This document shows, piece after piece, positions 13,956 through 28,900 of a stretch of DNA of 64,000 bases; positions within the stretch are counted from its first letter, which is position 1, and every line of letters starts with the position of its first letter. The DNA comes from Fimbriosthenelais zetlandica (lineage: Eukaryota), in assembly GCA_977030845.1 (NCBI GenBank), contig OZ365115.1, positions 34,658,001-34,722,000 of the forward strand, read 5' to 3'. The notes below the pieces were generated by a model. That model was not told the DNA's origin. It did no database searches and was given only the letters and a program-made list of their open reading frames with translations. A program made the position numbers and the translations under genes.

Positions 13956-14567
13956 GTAACCTCTTATAAGTTCTAAGTAGATACTGTATAAACTATAGAG
14001 TAATTGTAGTGAAACAGTGATGTGATGTGGAGCAGGTGGTGGGGTGCATGTTTGTCTGTAGGTGGAGCTGTTTAAGCATTGATTAGCTCCGAGCATGTCT
14101 GAGCACTCGCTACATGGGTGATCACTTTCACTAATTATCGCTCACCTTCACTCCTCCTATTCTCAGACCAAAGTCTATTGTTTTATGACTGGTCCAGAGC
14201 CGATCAACCCAAGGCTCTATAAGAGAACATAAATTTATATTTGACTTTCAAAAAGAACCCCTCCCCTCGCCTTCAGAACCCAGAACATGGACATTTTATA
14301 TTCAGATATTGTTGAATGGCATTAATGGCAAGCTTAGGCATCTGAATAATCAGTACCTTTGGCCCAGGACGGGTTCTCATATTTAAAGGAGAGATTTTAA
14401 CTTTCTAAAGGATTAGCTTCTTTGTCAATATACATGAACTTCTGTGGAGGTCAATCTCTTGTCCGCTCCCTCACAAGTCTTGTACATAGTTATGCAATTT
14501 CTTTTTTTTTTCCAAATGTATTTCCTTCCTTTTCCCGATTCAAAGATCTATACGAATATCTAGTCAT

Positions 14568-14663
14568 TGGTCTTTACATGCTTTTCACCAGAGAGAGTGG
14601 GAGACATCACTGATCTTTTACATGCCTCTAAGCACAGAAAGTTGGAGACATGGCTGGCCTTTG
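14568..14663 (-). mobile_element. SINE-like family A fragment (~2 degenerate 44-bp units)
   Basis: TTTACATGCCTCT...GGAGACATGGCTGGCCTTT. Confidence 0.6.
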
Positions 14664-15386
14664 CTGTGCTAGTAGCAGCCAATAATACAATTTGTAGTCA
14701 GGCTCAAGCAAGTCTATTAGTACATGTTTCAGCCTGTACAACATATTGTCATTTTTGAGGGTCAATCGAGACAATACATGTCTACATATGGCCAGGCCTC
14801 GGCCAGCAATGTAAAGAAGGTTACATAACAATCTTAAAGCTCTTATTAGTCGCACCCATAACCCTCTGTCACATACAAGTGTACCTGAATCATATAAAAC
14901 CCGTCTATTATTCACATGTATTCTTCAAAGGTCACGACTCCTGCTTTTGTTTGATTTGTGGCTAGTTTCAGCTGGGATTTTTATTTGTTCAGAATTCATG
15001 AATAACAGTGTGTCCTGAGGGGTACTTGTAGACCCCAAGCCTGGGTTAATTGCCTACAATTTGGATCTTGAATATTGTATTTTATATATACTCTGAACTA
15101 TACCCATTAAATTTACCAAACCGATGCAAACCGCAAGAATGTGAAGAATATAGCCCTTCTCTCTGCCCTCCATCCCCCACGCCCCTTAATCTAAACATTA
15201 AGACAAATTAATTCCATGAATTAAAACTAATTAAGGCCCCTCTCAAGACACACCCTCCATCCTTCTACCAGCCTAATCCATCAGACGCATGGGTATACTT
15301 AGTATTTAATTGGATGTCGGAATGACCGAGCTTATATGCGTATGTACTTCATCAAATAATAGCAAAATCTCTCTAGTCACATATGT

Positions 15387-15458
15387 GTCTTTGGTTTGAC
15401 TTGGTCAAGGTTCGAACCGGCGAACTTCCACACACGGGACAGAAACTCAAACCATTAC
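15387..15458 (-). mobile_element. tRNA-derived SINE head fragment (family different from A)
   Basis: The minus strand reads ..GGAAGTTCGCCGGTTCGAACCTTGACCAAGTCAAACCAAAGAC: a B-box GGTTCGAACC followed by GTCAAACCAAAGAC, a junction I recall from marine-invertebrate SINEs. Confidence 0.4.
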
Positions 15459-18400
15459 ATGGTGGTTGGAAAATGATTTAACAATGAAATATAGTTTGAT
15501 ATTGTTGACAAGGAACGCGTTGTCACTCTCTCTGTAACACAAGATGGACTCGTGTTGCCAACATTTCCCTCATAAACTTCATATTTGTATCAACTTCCAG
15601 TTGTTTTTTAAAGCCATTATTTTAAATAAACATACTTGGCCATGACTGGGCGCCACCACCCGGGTTTTATTAGAACTGAATAGAGAGCCCCCTAGCGAGA
15701 GCGATGAGAGATATTTTTGTATTTTCCGGGAACGCTTCTATTGTCTCTATTGTCCGCTAGGATCGCTGTGTAATTGGAAACAGAAAATGACATTTACTCA
15801 GGCCTGTCATTCAGTTATAGTCTGACTATAGATATCAAGTATTAAATCATTACCACATGTTTCATACACATTGATCCGTGTAGCCATATCCTACTGTCAA
15901 TCTCTCACTTTTACCATTAATTTTTGAGAGGCATTCATGATAGGTTTTAGTGGTGGATCCAGCATTTTTGAAGTGATGGTGGCCCAACAAATTACTATTT
16001 GAGAGAACATACAAATCGTCTGTGAAAGGGAGGGTGGATTTTCTTTTCTCGCATAAAAGAACAGAGGCGGATTTAAGCAGTGGGTGTATTTCAAAATCTA
16101 AGCGTCTTTTGAAGGTAACAAACAATGCAGAGAGTTCCAAATATTATCATGGGAATAAAATAAAGACAAGTTTGGTCAATAATCTGACAGCACAATTTGT
16201 CTGTTCACGTCCCTGAACCACTTAGTATGACATGACAAACTGTACAGACACTCAATAACAGAACGTCTCCATGGTAACGAGTATATAAAATAAAAATACT
16301 CTTTATATTTGTCCTTATCTTTTCATGAGTCACATCCATAAGTCTTCATGACACGAACAATCTCTCTTATCTTCTCCAAGAGTTTTTTTGTGTATTTGTC
16401 TTTTTATTTATTATTTTTTGTTTGTGATGTTGTTCAGCTGCAATGACAAGTTCTTCTTATTATCGATCATTAGTTACCTTCACCGCCGTTAGGGGTCTCT
16501 CAGGTAAAAGTTGTTCTTCCGGTAGATTCTCTTTTTCACTGAAGAGCTCCCTTCTCTTTCTTATCATTGCATGAAATACAGTATATAATTGCATCTTGTA
16601 GGCCTATGGGAATATGACATACGAAAAAGTATATTTGAAATAATTAGCCTATAGGCTCTCTTGGATCTTTTTGAATTTGCACCTGCTCACTCTCCATAAC
16701 TGAGGCCTCTTCTTTGTACTATACCATTATAGGCCTAGTTGTTTATAGTCCCTTTACCTTTATAAGAACATATTGCACACAATTATAGACTCATCATGAC
16801 AGGTTTGTCGCCTTGTCGTTGAGACAGCAGCGATATGGATTTTCTTCCCACCTCTCCACCCCCGTCATCCCCCTCTAACCCTCACACCACCCTCCCTCAC
16901 CACCTCAGTATGTTCCTCCCTCAGTGAGGACCACGATAAGCTCGCCCCCCCCCCCGCCTCCCCCCGCCCCCCTCACATCTAGTGAGGACCATGATAAGGC
17001 CCTCATCTATGACAGGTGTAAGCAGCAGGACGCTGGTATAAAGTGTGGTTCCATGTAAAGAGACGCCGCTAGCAGGTACAGAAACATAGACCCTGATTAA
17101 TACCATATATACACACTATTCACTATATTACCCCCTCCCTGGATACTTTATACACCCGCCCCCCCCCCCCCCCCCTCATCTGACTATGTACCCCTCCCAT
17201 CTGCCAATTGCTTCTATTCCCAATTTAACATGGTCAGGGATACATCTATATAGCCTAGACGTTACAAATCTTGCTGTCAATTGCCTGTATTCCCAACAAG
17301 GTCAAGGAATAATGATATATCATATAGGTTCCTAAATTAGTTTGAGACTTTGTCAGGCAAAATGATTTATCTAAAGATGTTTGTTCGGAAATAGTACAGA
17401 GTCCAAAACCATGAGAAATTGTCAGAACATAGAAGCACACCGGCTCATGATTCACTGACATGAAGCAGCGAGTATAGGATGCGTTCTCCACTCGATGTAT
17501 AGAATTCTACACTCGTATAGATATGGTAAAGTCGCGGCAGGACCCGCATTAAGTGGGTCCAGCCTGATTAGTGCATCTTTTCCGCATTATTGACCGCACT
17601 TTTTACTATCAATCACGGCGCCCCATCCTCTCCAGGGTGTCCACCCTGTCTCCTGCTCCTGACCTTGAAAGTGACCTTGAAATTGACCCTGGGATGTCTT
17701 TGTCGCGCCTGGCGTTCCTAGGAGTGCTACCAATTTGCAGAAGACATCCTAACTACCCGAAGCCAGCTGTAGACGCGAGAAATATTGACTCTTAATGTGA
17801 CCTCTGACCCTTACCTTGACCTTCTCCTCTCATTAAGGACAACCTTGACCTTTGCCAGTGACCTTGGGTTGAAGATTTTGACCTTGATAGTAGGATCGCT
17901 TTGCGAAGGGCAGGAGAAGCTATCAAAGGATAGGAGGGAGATGGGGAGTGAAGAGGGAGGTGGGAGGTGTGAAAGGGTGGGAGCTGGGGGAGTGGGGGAA
18001 CAGACAGTTGAGCCTGTCAGAACACCTGTATCATTATTATGATAAATGCACTATCTGATCGCTTCAAAATAACCTTTTATATTCACAACTTTCGTATTGA
18101 AATCCAAAGATTGGACCAAATGTGACCCGAGAATGCTTTGATCTTAACATCTGTATTTCAAATATCAACTAATGACCATAGAATCTCAGAAATGATTCAG
18201 TCCAGAAATTTCTTCTTTTGTTTTGTCCATTTGGTTAGCTTTAAGCTCATGGAAGATATTCAAGTAGCCGCCAAACGAGGAAAGATATTGCTTTGCCTTG
18301 CTCAGGGGCGGATCCTAGATTTTAATAGGAGTCTAAATATACATTTTAGAACAGTTACTGGAAAGTATGATGTTTCTGTGTGAACAATCAAGTTTAGAAA

Positions 18401-19254
18401 TCCATAAAGCACAATCTTTTAGAAGAGTTGAAGACTCTCTTGGTGGTAGAATGTACTCGTCCACGATTCGCCATACCTGAATGATAAACTTTAAGTGGTT
18501 CCATGAGTATAAACCGTCCCCGGGGGCAGCAAGCAGTCACCCATCTCACTATATGATAACCCTTGCTCCTCTCCTCATCCCTGCCTGGCTGACTAGATGA
18601 TTGGGGAGTGACAGCTAGAGATGGAAGAGCTAAATACAGACCAGGGGTGTCTATAGGCCACCGTCACTGGCAGCAATTCGCAATCAGCGAGCAGGAACGC
18701 TTGACAGTTGATTTTACTTCTGATTTACTCCCCCTGTCATCGCAATTAAATTGATTTAAGATTTGATTTATGGCACTTTTGCTTTTCTCGTGATTTCCCT
18801 ACATTTGTGACTTTGTAATTAATGACTATTAGGATATAAAGTGGAGGAGTATTTTAAATAAATGCTTGCTCAACCAACTGTACCATGTACTTAGTGCATT
18901 TACTATAGTTAAAGTTGGAGATAAAACAGGTTGGTTTTTTGTAAACAAAACATGAAATGCTTTCTCTGTAATTGTTTCTCATAAACAGAAGTCATTAATC
19001 AAAGGAAAGGTTCAACTCTGAAGTTTGTATACTCCAGGGAAAATGTCATTTCTGTTATCAGACTTGTCATGGATGTTTTAGATGTCATGAAATCACATTT
19101 GATTGACTGATCCAGGTATTCTTTTTGATGAGCTCATAAGTTGATTTCTAAAGTTCTCATGTGATTTTGTATCTTTGTAAGAACATGGCTCTGTTGTCTT
19201 TTATGCAACACATATTTCTCAGATAGATTTGTGCTCTAAAGAAGTAACCCTCTG

Positions 19255-19415
19255 AAAGAGCTGGTGCTCTATTAAACTTCATAAATGAGCTGGTGCTCTA
19301 ACTCTCTAAATGAGCTGGTGCTCTCACTGAACTTAGAGTAAATTTTACTCTAAGCAATGAATGAGTTGGTGTCTGAACTCACTGAATAAGCTGGAGCTCT
19401 AATAAAAAGAGCTAA
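19255..19415 (-). repeat. Second GAGCTGGTGCTCTAA tandem cluster (same family as 13799-13955)
   Basis: About 5 degenerate copies of AATGAGCTGGTGCTCTA. Confidence 0.55.
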
Positions 19416-22400
19416 CACGCCTGATGCTCCTATCTATTTCTAATATGTATAGATTTGTACTGTGGATCGGTTTAGTGTAGACGGGACTTTAGTTCAGTGA
19501 ATCACAGCTGGTGTGAAGGAACCCCTCCTGGGTTAAGCCTGGAGCAGGGATGAGTCCCCGGATGGTACTGTCTGACAGCGATGGGGGCGTGTATGACAAC
19601 TACTGTCATTGTAATTGACAGATTTGTCTTTGATTAGATTAGTGCTAAGTACAAGCATATCTACGCGGGGAGGCATGCTGGAGTGGTGAGGGGTTGGGGG
19701 TGGGTTGGGGGTAGGGGGATGGGGGGTTGGGGATGGGGCGGGTGGGTTGGGGGTAGCGGATGTTCAGGGATAGGGCGTCGGGGAGAGGAGGAGGGCTACG
19801 GGGGCCACAGGCGAGGAAACGCTTTCATATTTACATTAGAGATTGAATGAATTTTATTCATATTTATACTAGAAAATGTATGAATGTAAACTTTGATAGG
19901 GAAGCCTATGGTAGGGTTTGGGTGGGGTAGATGGGCGAGGGAAGGGGGGTATACATACAGGGGCTTTAGGGGAAGAGGAAGGGCGTTCATCTTGTAATAT
20001 CTTAAATCATTTATAAGTTTAATCTGAAACAATTGACTATTGAGTGAACCCCTACTGAGAATTGTCATCCTCCCATAGCAGGCTGACTTCTACTCGTTTA
20101 TAGAAACTCAATTATCAACTTAGTCTGTGGGAATGTCCGTTGCCGTTTTTCTCTCATGTTCTTTCCATCTTATCTTTTTCCTGCCCTTCCTTCCCACTCT
20201 TTGCCTCTTTTCAACTTGTAATGATCTGATGTTTTTCAGAAATTGGAATAAAAACCTACCCTTAGTATAGACTACCGCTAATGCTAAGATATATATTTTT
20301 TTAAGGGAAATAAAAACACTAATCCGGTACTTTGGCTCCCTGATATTGCCCTTACTCGTTCTTCTGCTCTTTGCTTTCTTCATTCATTCTTTTGATTGTT
20401 TGCATTATCTTCTTATCAAACCCCCAACTCCCGGTCTCATTAGGCATACCAGTTAACCTTACAAGTTAACCACTTCCCAAAGCCCGGCCTGGTTCATGTG
20501 AAAACGCCGCATGAAGTGCCCGGATGACACCCACAGGATGTCAGAGCATGCTGGGAATTTGTTAGAACTGTCTCTCTGCATTATCCCGCGCGGTGGCGCC
20601 ACACGTAAACAACCCACCCTATTATCGCTCACTCTCTCTGACAATTCTCACAAACCGAGAATTTGTCAAAACAGGGGGGCGAAAATTGGTGAAATGAGCA
20701 CATGATGCTGGTCTTATTATACCCTTCAGACAGATGTGAGAAGAAAAACACTGACTGTGTACTTTATGAAACAAAAAAACATGAACCTTCATAAGTCATT
20801 AAGTTAGCCTTTTATCGTTTTGACCTTGTGAAGATGATCTTTTTCTATGATCTCTGGTTCTAGACGTAGTCGTTTAAAAGAGGGAATGAATGCGTCTAGC
20901 TGCACCTATTTTTCCTATAAAATTCATTTCGGAAGATGATTATATTTTTAGTGTACTGGCAATAGATATATCTAAGTATCATTGTTTTTTTAAGTACTGT
21001 AAATTTTGCTTCAAATTGGAGTATACGTTAAGCAAATAGAAAAAAACATGTCCGTATGAAAAGCGGGATTTAAAACAGTTAGATAAATAATGACTTTCCT
21101 TCTCAAGATGGACAAACTTTATTTTTTCTTCACACAATTTCAAATGCTCCTCACATGATGGGACATTGAATCAATTTGTCATTATTACAGATTTCAGTTC
21201 TTATTTAAAGCTTAAATGATATCTTACTTTGTTTTTGTGCTGCTATGGGGACCATCCCAAGTGCCAAAGAAAAATAAAGTGTCCCCAAGCTCGTACCCAT
21301 CTGTGATTGACAGGGGACAGCTGCGCGACTAACACTTCCCCTACACACGTATACCGCAGCGTTTTCTTTAATTGAGATTGATTTGTAACTGTCTTCTTCA
21401 TTATTTTCGTCTATAGATGAGGGCAGGGCTCCGGACGTGTCAGAACATCTAGATGATACATACGGTATGTTCTCCATTAATTCTCTAATTTAATTTTGGT
21501 CTCAAATGTTAAGTATGCTCCCTTTATATTTCACACCATCCAAAGAGCACAAGAAGAGAATGAAATGTTAAGTACTCTATGCAGTGACAAAATGTTGGTT
21601 TGGAAAATCAGAGAAGAAATGTCCTAGATGCTATATTTGTCTTTAGAAAAGATTGGCGACGGATTGGAGAATCAGATTAGTGTGTTCTAGGCTTTATGTT
21701 GGGCTACATTAGCTGATGGCCCTTCTCACACTCTCAGCGTGGCTGGCGTCTAAATTGAGTCAATTTAAGACTTGATATGTGTGAAGTGAGGACGAGTGAC
21801 ATGTATTGGTTCTGGCATCTTTAACAATATCTAATGATACATTTGGTTTAGCACTTTAAACTGAGGGGTCTGTTTCCGGACGACAGGGCAGATTCCCAGC
21901 CTTTATTAGAATGTTTAAGACACGTATTTATACTTTAACGATTTTCTTTAAAATATCACCCCAAAATAGATTTTCTTAGGGTCAGTCACTGTGTATCGAA
22001 GCTGAAGATCTGCCTCTTTACTTATATTGTCTTCATTAGAATGCCCACTTTAACTATTTACTTTAAGATCTGCAAAAGAATATTGAAAATAGATTTATAA
22101 GTATTTTGGTAGGGTTGGGGCAGAGGCGGAGGAATTAAGTTGTTTGGAGGTGCGGCAGTCTGATCCCCTATAAGCCCCCTGCTCCCTGGATCCACCGTAT
22201 GGTATACCCCCCCCCCCAACCCCCAGCCTCCTGGACTAGATCTGTACCCGTCTGGTTTTCTTTATAACGTCTAACTTGATCCCGTCTAATTCACGCCGAC
22301 ACTTTTCCGCGCCTCCCTGACAGGAGAGTGTCAGTCCAAAGGTGAGCATGCGCATCTCAGGCTTCCCGGTCGTTGATCCGGATTGAGGAAGGACTGGGGG

Positions 22401-24589
22401 CACTCCCCACAAGGGGGCACTCCCCACAATGTTGGTTAGTTACTGATGCTCTTTGCCACTCTTTGTTCTTGTTTCTTGAACCGCAAGAGTTGCAAATCAA
22501 TATACTTGCCTGACAACAACAAGCAATGACTAGCAATATGGCACCAATAGCAAGTTGCACAGGAACATTGCAGTGAAAAGCTGCAAGAATTGCAAGACTG
22601 TAGTGCAGTTCCCCTCTTTTTCCCCATACCACCCTTCCACTCATATCTGAGCTTCTCTGACCTCTAGTGTCGACTCAGGAAACCAAATGAGGAAGGATCC
22701 ACCTCCTGACCAAAACCACGTGGTGCAGGCCAGGTCCTGTGACCACCAATCACGTGGTACTTATGAATCACATGACAAGAGGTCAGCTATCCCAAGATGC
22801 ATCTGTGACCTTCAGATACTGTATCTGTATCATATTTTAGAAGATACTCAGGAAGAAGGCTCTGGAATTCGAAGACTTCACTTCAGATCTTCATGCTAAA
22901 ATTATACTATAAACGTCATCCTTTCTTACGAAATATTGGGTTTATTTATCTTCTTCTATTAGTTGACATACTGTTTATGAGCCTTTGAGCTATGACATTC
23001 TGTATCTGACATTGGATCAGACCCCTTTGAATGATGCACTGTGGCAATAAAGCATACTTTGGGAAGATGTTTTCATATCTAAAACAGAAAGTCATGAAAA
23101 TATGACATTGATTTACGTTTTATAACCATCGCAATATGGCTGCACTTCCGCAAGGATTATTTTTTGGGTTCATCAAGATTAAGGGTGTTCTCCACTGGTC
23201 CGATTTTCTTTGTGACACAATGCTATTTGAGAGAAGTGCCTTAATTGTGCTATATGAGCGAGTGGTGTGGCAGATATGGTATTTATGACCTTAGAAATCC
23301 CAGCCACAAGGGCTTGCTACAAGAAAATGGCTAAAGAACCCGAGTAGAGCTACCCTAATAGAAAGGTCAGCCACAAGGGCTAGCTGCAACAGAATCGCAA
23401 CACTCACAAGGCAGAAGAAATCCAGTGGATCAACCCCCTTTAAAATTTGGCGAGGGATGATAGTGACATGAAACCATCATCTGTCTTTATTAAGAGGACA
23501 GTGAGGGGGGAGGAGGGGGAGGAGGGGGAGGAGGGGAGATAACTGATTTATCTTCACAAACAGAATCTAAACCATACCATGACTACCATCATCACCTGAC
23601 AATCTATCACCGCCATCCCATAATGATCCAAGGTCAAGGTCATCACAGCAGCGGGGGGTGGGGGCACTCACCACCTAACTGTTCCTTGAAACCCTGGATC
23701 TTGCCGCCCCCAAACAAGAGAATTGCGACCAAAAAACCATACCCCAACTCCTAACCCACTTTAGTTGTTATTTCAATTTCTAAAAGAAATATTTGATAAT
23801 TTTGCAATCTCATGATCCCTCCCTTCTCCCTGGATCCGACACAGAGTTGTGGTTTGGGTAGTAAGGCCGTGAAGGGTAGATATGAGGGATATGAAGGTCG
23901 GCCTGTGTACTCTAAAGGTGTGAGATGACACCCGGAAACAAAGTAAAACCAGCTGGATGTCAGACGAGACTTGACGAGAGTTGGCGAGAGTCAGAGGCTA
24001 ACCAAATACTCTATCATCACTCTGCTCCTCCCCGTGCTCAATGATAAATAAATCATTCTACAAAATCATCTTCTATTGAGGAGTATCTCTTAAAAACATA
24101 ATTTAAACTTTTTTGTTTATGGACCTATACTTTGGACAAATCCCGATGATATTTCCCCGGGGAGATTTCCAGAATTATGCCTGCAAATACTATCAGATCT
24201 ATGCTTAAAGACTCTAAATTGTGATTGCCCTTGTATTTCTGAATACTATTTGGCAGGACAAAAAAGTGATGAATTTATTGGAATAGATTTGAAGCAGATT
24301 TGGATTAGGATCTGCCAGAAGATGATATGAACCAGGAGTGGGATGGTAGGAAGGAGGGGTGTTACTAATACAGGAGATGTTGGCAAGGTATGAGAGAGAT
24401 AGCTCCAGTTAAGACGAAGGGGGTGGGGGGTTAGCGGGCTATAGTGAATATATTTAAACAAAATAAATAGTAGAAATGGTTTTGAGTATAATGTGGCTTC
24501 CCATCTTTCTGTTTTCAATCTGTCAGCTTGCTTAAAACGTAATGTTTTTATACATTGATCCTGGGACCAAGCCCAAAACTAGACCTCTT

Positions 24590-24676
24590 GGCTTGGTGTG
24601 TGAGCAGCTTTTGGTCGGTACATCGGCTTGTTGTGTGAGCACTTTTTGGTCGGTACATCGGCTTGGTGTGTGAGTG
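24590..24676 (+). repeat. 35-bp tandem repeat, ~2.5 units
   Basis: GGCTTG.TGTGTGAG at 24590, 24625 and 24660. Confidence 0.85.
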
Positions 24677-25881
24677 CCTTGGGTGTTTTAATATTAAGAG
24701 ATGATACAGGGAGGTACGGTGGGATGAGAGGAGGAAGAGAAGCTGTCATGTTCTCAATAATGTTTGCCAGTACAGAAACTACATCATGTCTGACAGATCC
24801 ATGTCTTACTTCTGACAGCGCTCTCTGCTCTCCCTCTCTTTCTCTCTGCTCTCTCTCTCTCCCTCCTTCTCTCTGACTCCCAAGTGATGCAAGAAAAGAT
24901 ACATTGGGTTTTCTTAGTGGAGTTGTTCAATTGCTATTGCCTTCATTGATGAAGATTCTCTCTGTTTTCCCGAGTTTTAATTATATTGAGATTCTATTGG
25001 ATACATTGCTAACTTTTGTGATGCCTCCCACAAGTGTGGAAACTTTAACATCCAGAAAGTGTGGTAACTTTTGAACATCCAAAAAGTGTGGTTAGGAAGA
25101 CAAATATTGGGGCGTCTGTGTCGTTTTGCCCTCTGAAAGATACATAATTATTGATGTTAGGTTTGAGCTTTGTCCGGTGGGGCTCTGACTTGTCTCAATG
25201 AACTTTAGCTTTAGGCTGAAGATATGTGTTAATGGAGCAGAAGGAGTCAGGGTAGAGCTAAACTAAGCCGGCCTTTTAACACACAAATGACTTCACTTAG
25301 CTAATCCTCCATTGTCTGCTTTACGGATTAAGTTGCTATGGCAACAAGTAGGAATGTACACTACTGTTAAGGCAGGTTGCTATAGTGACGCCCGTCACCT
25401 TGGTCACTGAGTAAACACCTTTGTTTGGTGACGTATCATATGAGGGGAGTCTATGACTTGGCAATTTAAGGTTTCCTAATGGGAAGTAACGGAGGATATA
25501 AATTCCCTGCGGAATTTGTCAACTTTGGGTTTTGTTTGTAGTAGGAAAGTGATGTCTATTATCTATTACAACATCAAATGGTACATAGACAACCCTAAGC
25601 TTGGATAAACCTTGACAAATATTAGCAGGCCATATATTTTAATCTCAACTTTGACATAAGACACTGTCAATAACGTTAGTTCATTCATACATTTCCATAA
25701 TCCGTCTTTTATGATTGGAAATTGCCGAAAAAGATACTGAAAATGTTACACTTTGACAACGGCATCAATCTATCTACAGGTGTGTGCCCATACTGCAGCC
25801 ATATGTGCAGTCTCGTATCGTAAAGTATCCCTAACTATAAACGACAGAGCACCACATTATTATCTCAAATAGCTTGAGAGC

Positions 25882-25980
25882 CAGAATGATGGTTTGATGT
25901 AGGTGACCCAGCAGAATGATGGTTTGATGTTGTCGGTGACCCAGCATAATCATGGTTTGATGTTGTAGGCGACCCAGCAG
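25882..25980 (+). repeat. 30-33-bp tandem repeat, 3 units
   Basis: Repeated ATGGTTTGATGT....G.GACCCAGCA. Confidence 0.85.
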
Positions 25981-28900
25981 ACCACCTTTCTTACCTATCT
26001 GTTTGTCTTCACTTCATATTCATTCTCCTCAACCCAGTCTATGAAATTGTCAAGCGAGGGAAAATATTTACTTTTTAACAATCCAAAATGAAAACTTGTC
26101 AATGAAGAGTGTCTGTTCCCACTCAGTCCTAAGCCGCAGTCCTTGAGAGCAATAGAGGAGAGAGGGAAGTGAAAGGTGACATTTTAAACGATGCTCAATT
26201 AGTGACACCTAACAAGCCCACCTGTAACATTACATAATACAATCAACTACACCTGATAAACAAATTCCAACTTTTCTCACCTGTGTCACCTGTACAATAG
26301 ACTAGCGGAAGCATCGCGGCTATGATGAGGTATGAGTAGTCTACGCCTCGGGTCTTCTTGGAGGCAATTCACCTTATCTAAGTGGTCTCGTCTGTATAAG
26401 AGGCTTATAATATGTTAACCCACTGTGAGATTTGAGTCAGGGTTGTTGTAGGGTATCTTGTACCACTCTACTAGAATTCACTGGCATTTGATTGTTTGTC
26501 ATATTTGTAAGCAGTCCATCCAGAAGCTACTTGTTGCTTTTGGGTTTAAAATCTAACTTTAAAAGAGCAATTATGACATCATTTTCAATGAGGGATGGAG
26601 AGGGAAGGTTAGGTGAATGAAGTGTGACACTTGTCGGCCTGAGGGAGTGCCCCCAAGGATCACTCCTAAGAACTAGAAGCGAACTAGGGACAGTTAGAAC
26701 GGTTTAAGACCATTTTTATTCAGACTTCATAGAACATATATGGGTATCATTTGTATCGAAAGTAAGACTTTTTGAATTTATTGCTTTTGTCAGATTCCAA
26801 GGTCTTCAGTGTGCAGTACTGTATACTATAGGCATCTCCTTAGGTGTCAATTTTTGTTATGTGTGCTCTTCCCCCACCCGCTCGCCTGTTTACTGTAGTG
26901 GATTTACTGTAAGTATGGGAGGGTAAGGAGTGAGGGTTGGGGTAATTATGTAATCAGACATAGCTCAGGTGTGTGGAGTAGGCAGATTCCCAGGTAAGGG
27001 GGAGGATTAAGGACAGGTGTGTCAGGTGTGAAGGTGTCTTATGTACATTGTCAGTGTATGATACCTTTCTCAACTCAGTTTAATCACTCAGTATGAATAA
27101 TTTAATGCCTGAACCAAATTGTCTCTATTGCATGAAATAAGTGGTACACCGACTAATAGCAATTGATATGTGGTTCTAAATACGGACGTGGTAGCTGACT
27201 TTTTTATTTTATCAAGATTTCGCTATACATTTACCAGCAATTATATTCCAGCAATTCTCATTAATATATTAGGTATATTGTTAAGCCTAACCTCGTAAGC
27301 TATACAAATCTATTCTGGGATAAAACAAATTGTATCTTCCCAATATAGGCCTAGTTGCTATGAAAGATAAGTGAATTATTCACAAAACCTGCACTGATTT
27401 AAGGAGGCGAGCTATTGGAAAATAACTGTTCGCAATAAGGCGCAGTAACAAGCAGTGAGAATAATTACGTTCCTATTTCCATGGCCGCGGTCAGACCGCA
27501 TGTTTTCAGGACAAACCGTCGCCTGATAAACTGCTGCGTCATTCTATCTGCTTTAGTTAGGATTCCTCCCACCAGGGGTCGAGATGATTCCCTTTGATTG
27601 TCGCTAACAGCGCCTCTCAAAATGCGTCCTCAAGCCTCACAAATGACGCCATTTGATGCCCCCTGCTCCCGCCACTCAATGCGCATGCGCATTTCATTTA
27701 TTCCATTAGCCTCGCTCTCGTCGCGTCCAGGGGGAGACAGCGAAAGCGAATCTGCTCCCATTATCGCTCACCTTTCCTTGATGGACTTCCCCTAGCGGAC
27801 AATTACTGCAAATTTGTTTTTGATTTGTGCTCTCTGCCGGTTTTTCAAGGTCAGAGTCCTTCTAGTGGCTTCACCACAGATGAGCCAATGGGAGATGATG
27901 TTACCAAAGTGGTGTGTGCGCATGCGCATGTATTGGAAGCCACCAATGGCTGGTGATGATGTTACTGAAAGGCGGTTGCTGTGGCAACAAGACAAAGGAG
28001 CAATCACGGCTTGTCTAAACCGCATCGTGTGATGATCAGGCCGCGCGGGAGCCAAGTGTCAGACCTAATGACAACAGCTCATTCTCTCTCCCCGCTTTAA
28101 ACTGTCAAAAGGTCCCCTGACATCAAAGATTAGCCTCCAGATCTCTATCCACTGCAACTGGATTAGATGAAAATCCTGTGATAACATTTGTAAAATTCCT
28201 TTAAAATGTGAGACATCTTGGAGAGTAGGCAATTAGATAAAAATTCTTTAATTGTTCAGAGACAGACTCAGTTCCTTCTTAAAGGGTGGGGGCTTTAAAT
28301 TTGAGACATTTTGGAAGTATACAACTAAGAAAATCCCCTAAAAGGTAAGGAACGGAGCCAGGTTGTAAAAGCGGTTTCCAAATTCTTCAAGAAATATCTT
28401 GATTTGATTCGAGTATTGTACTCAATTGATGACAAGTTCCTTGCCTCAGATAACATCTATTTGATGTTGAGTCTGTTGTCGGACTGATGTGCTCCCTTTA
28501 CTACCTTATAGATTGATGGTTGAACCGGGCTGTATCTTTTTATAAGCTTTTAGAGCTGAAGTCTCTTCCCGATGAAGAGACTTGTAATGGATGTAGTCTG
28601 CCATAGAGAGGTTACCATGGCTCCCGTCCATCATACATACAGACAAAACCTCCCGCCCTCCCGCTACCAGGCCATCCTGCCCACGGCAAGAAATATCCCC
28701 CAAATTGATTCTCATAAAAATGGAGGAAGAAAAAGCGATGACGGCTGGAGGTAAAATTGGGAGCAGATGGACGGAACGGACCCTGGACCAAGTCTGCTGC
28801 CGCGTTGCATGATGGGATGGTCGCCCGAGGCTTGTGATTGGTTAATCCTTTCACGTGAAATAACCGCCCATTCCAAGTCCGAGATAGACTCCCTTTATCC

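Noticed and set aside
21205-21477. 90-aa minus-strand ORF with an acidic patch, as a possible nested gene exon
   Set aside because: No recognisable homology or partner exons, and its length is within chance expectation.
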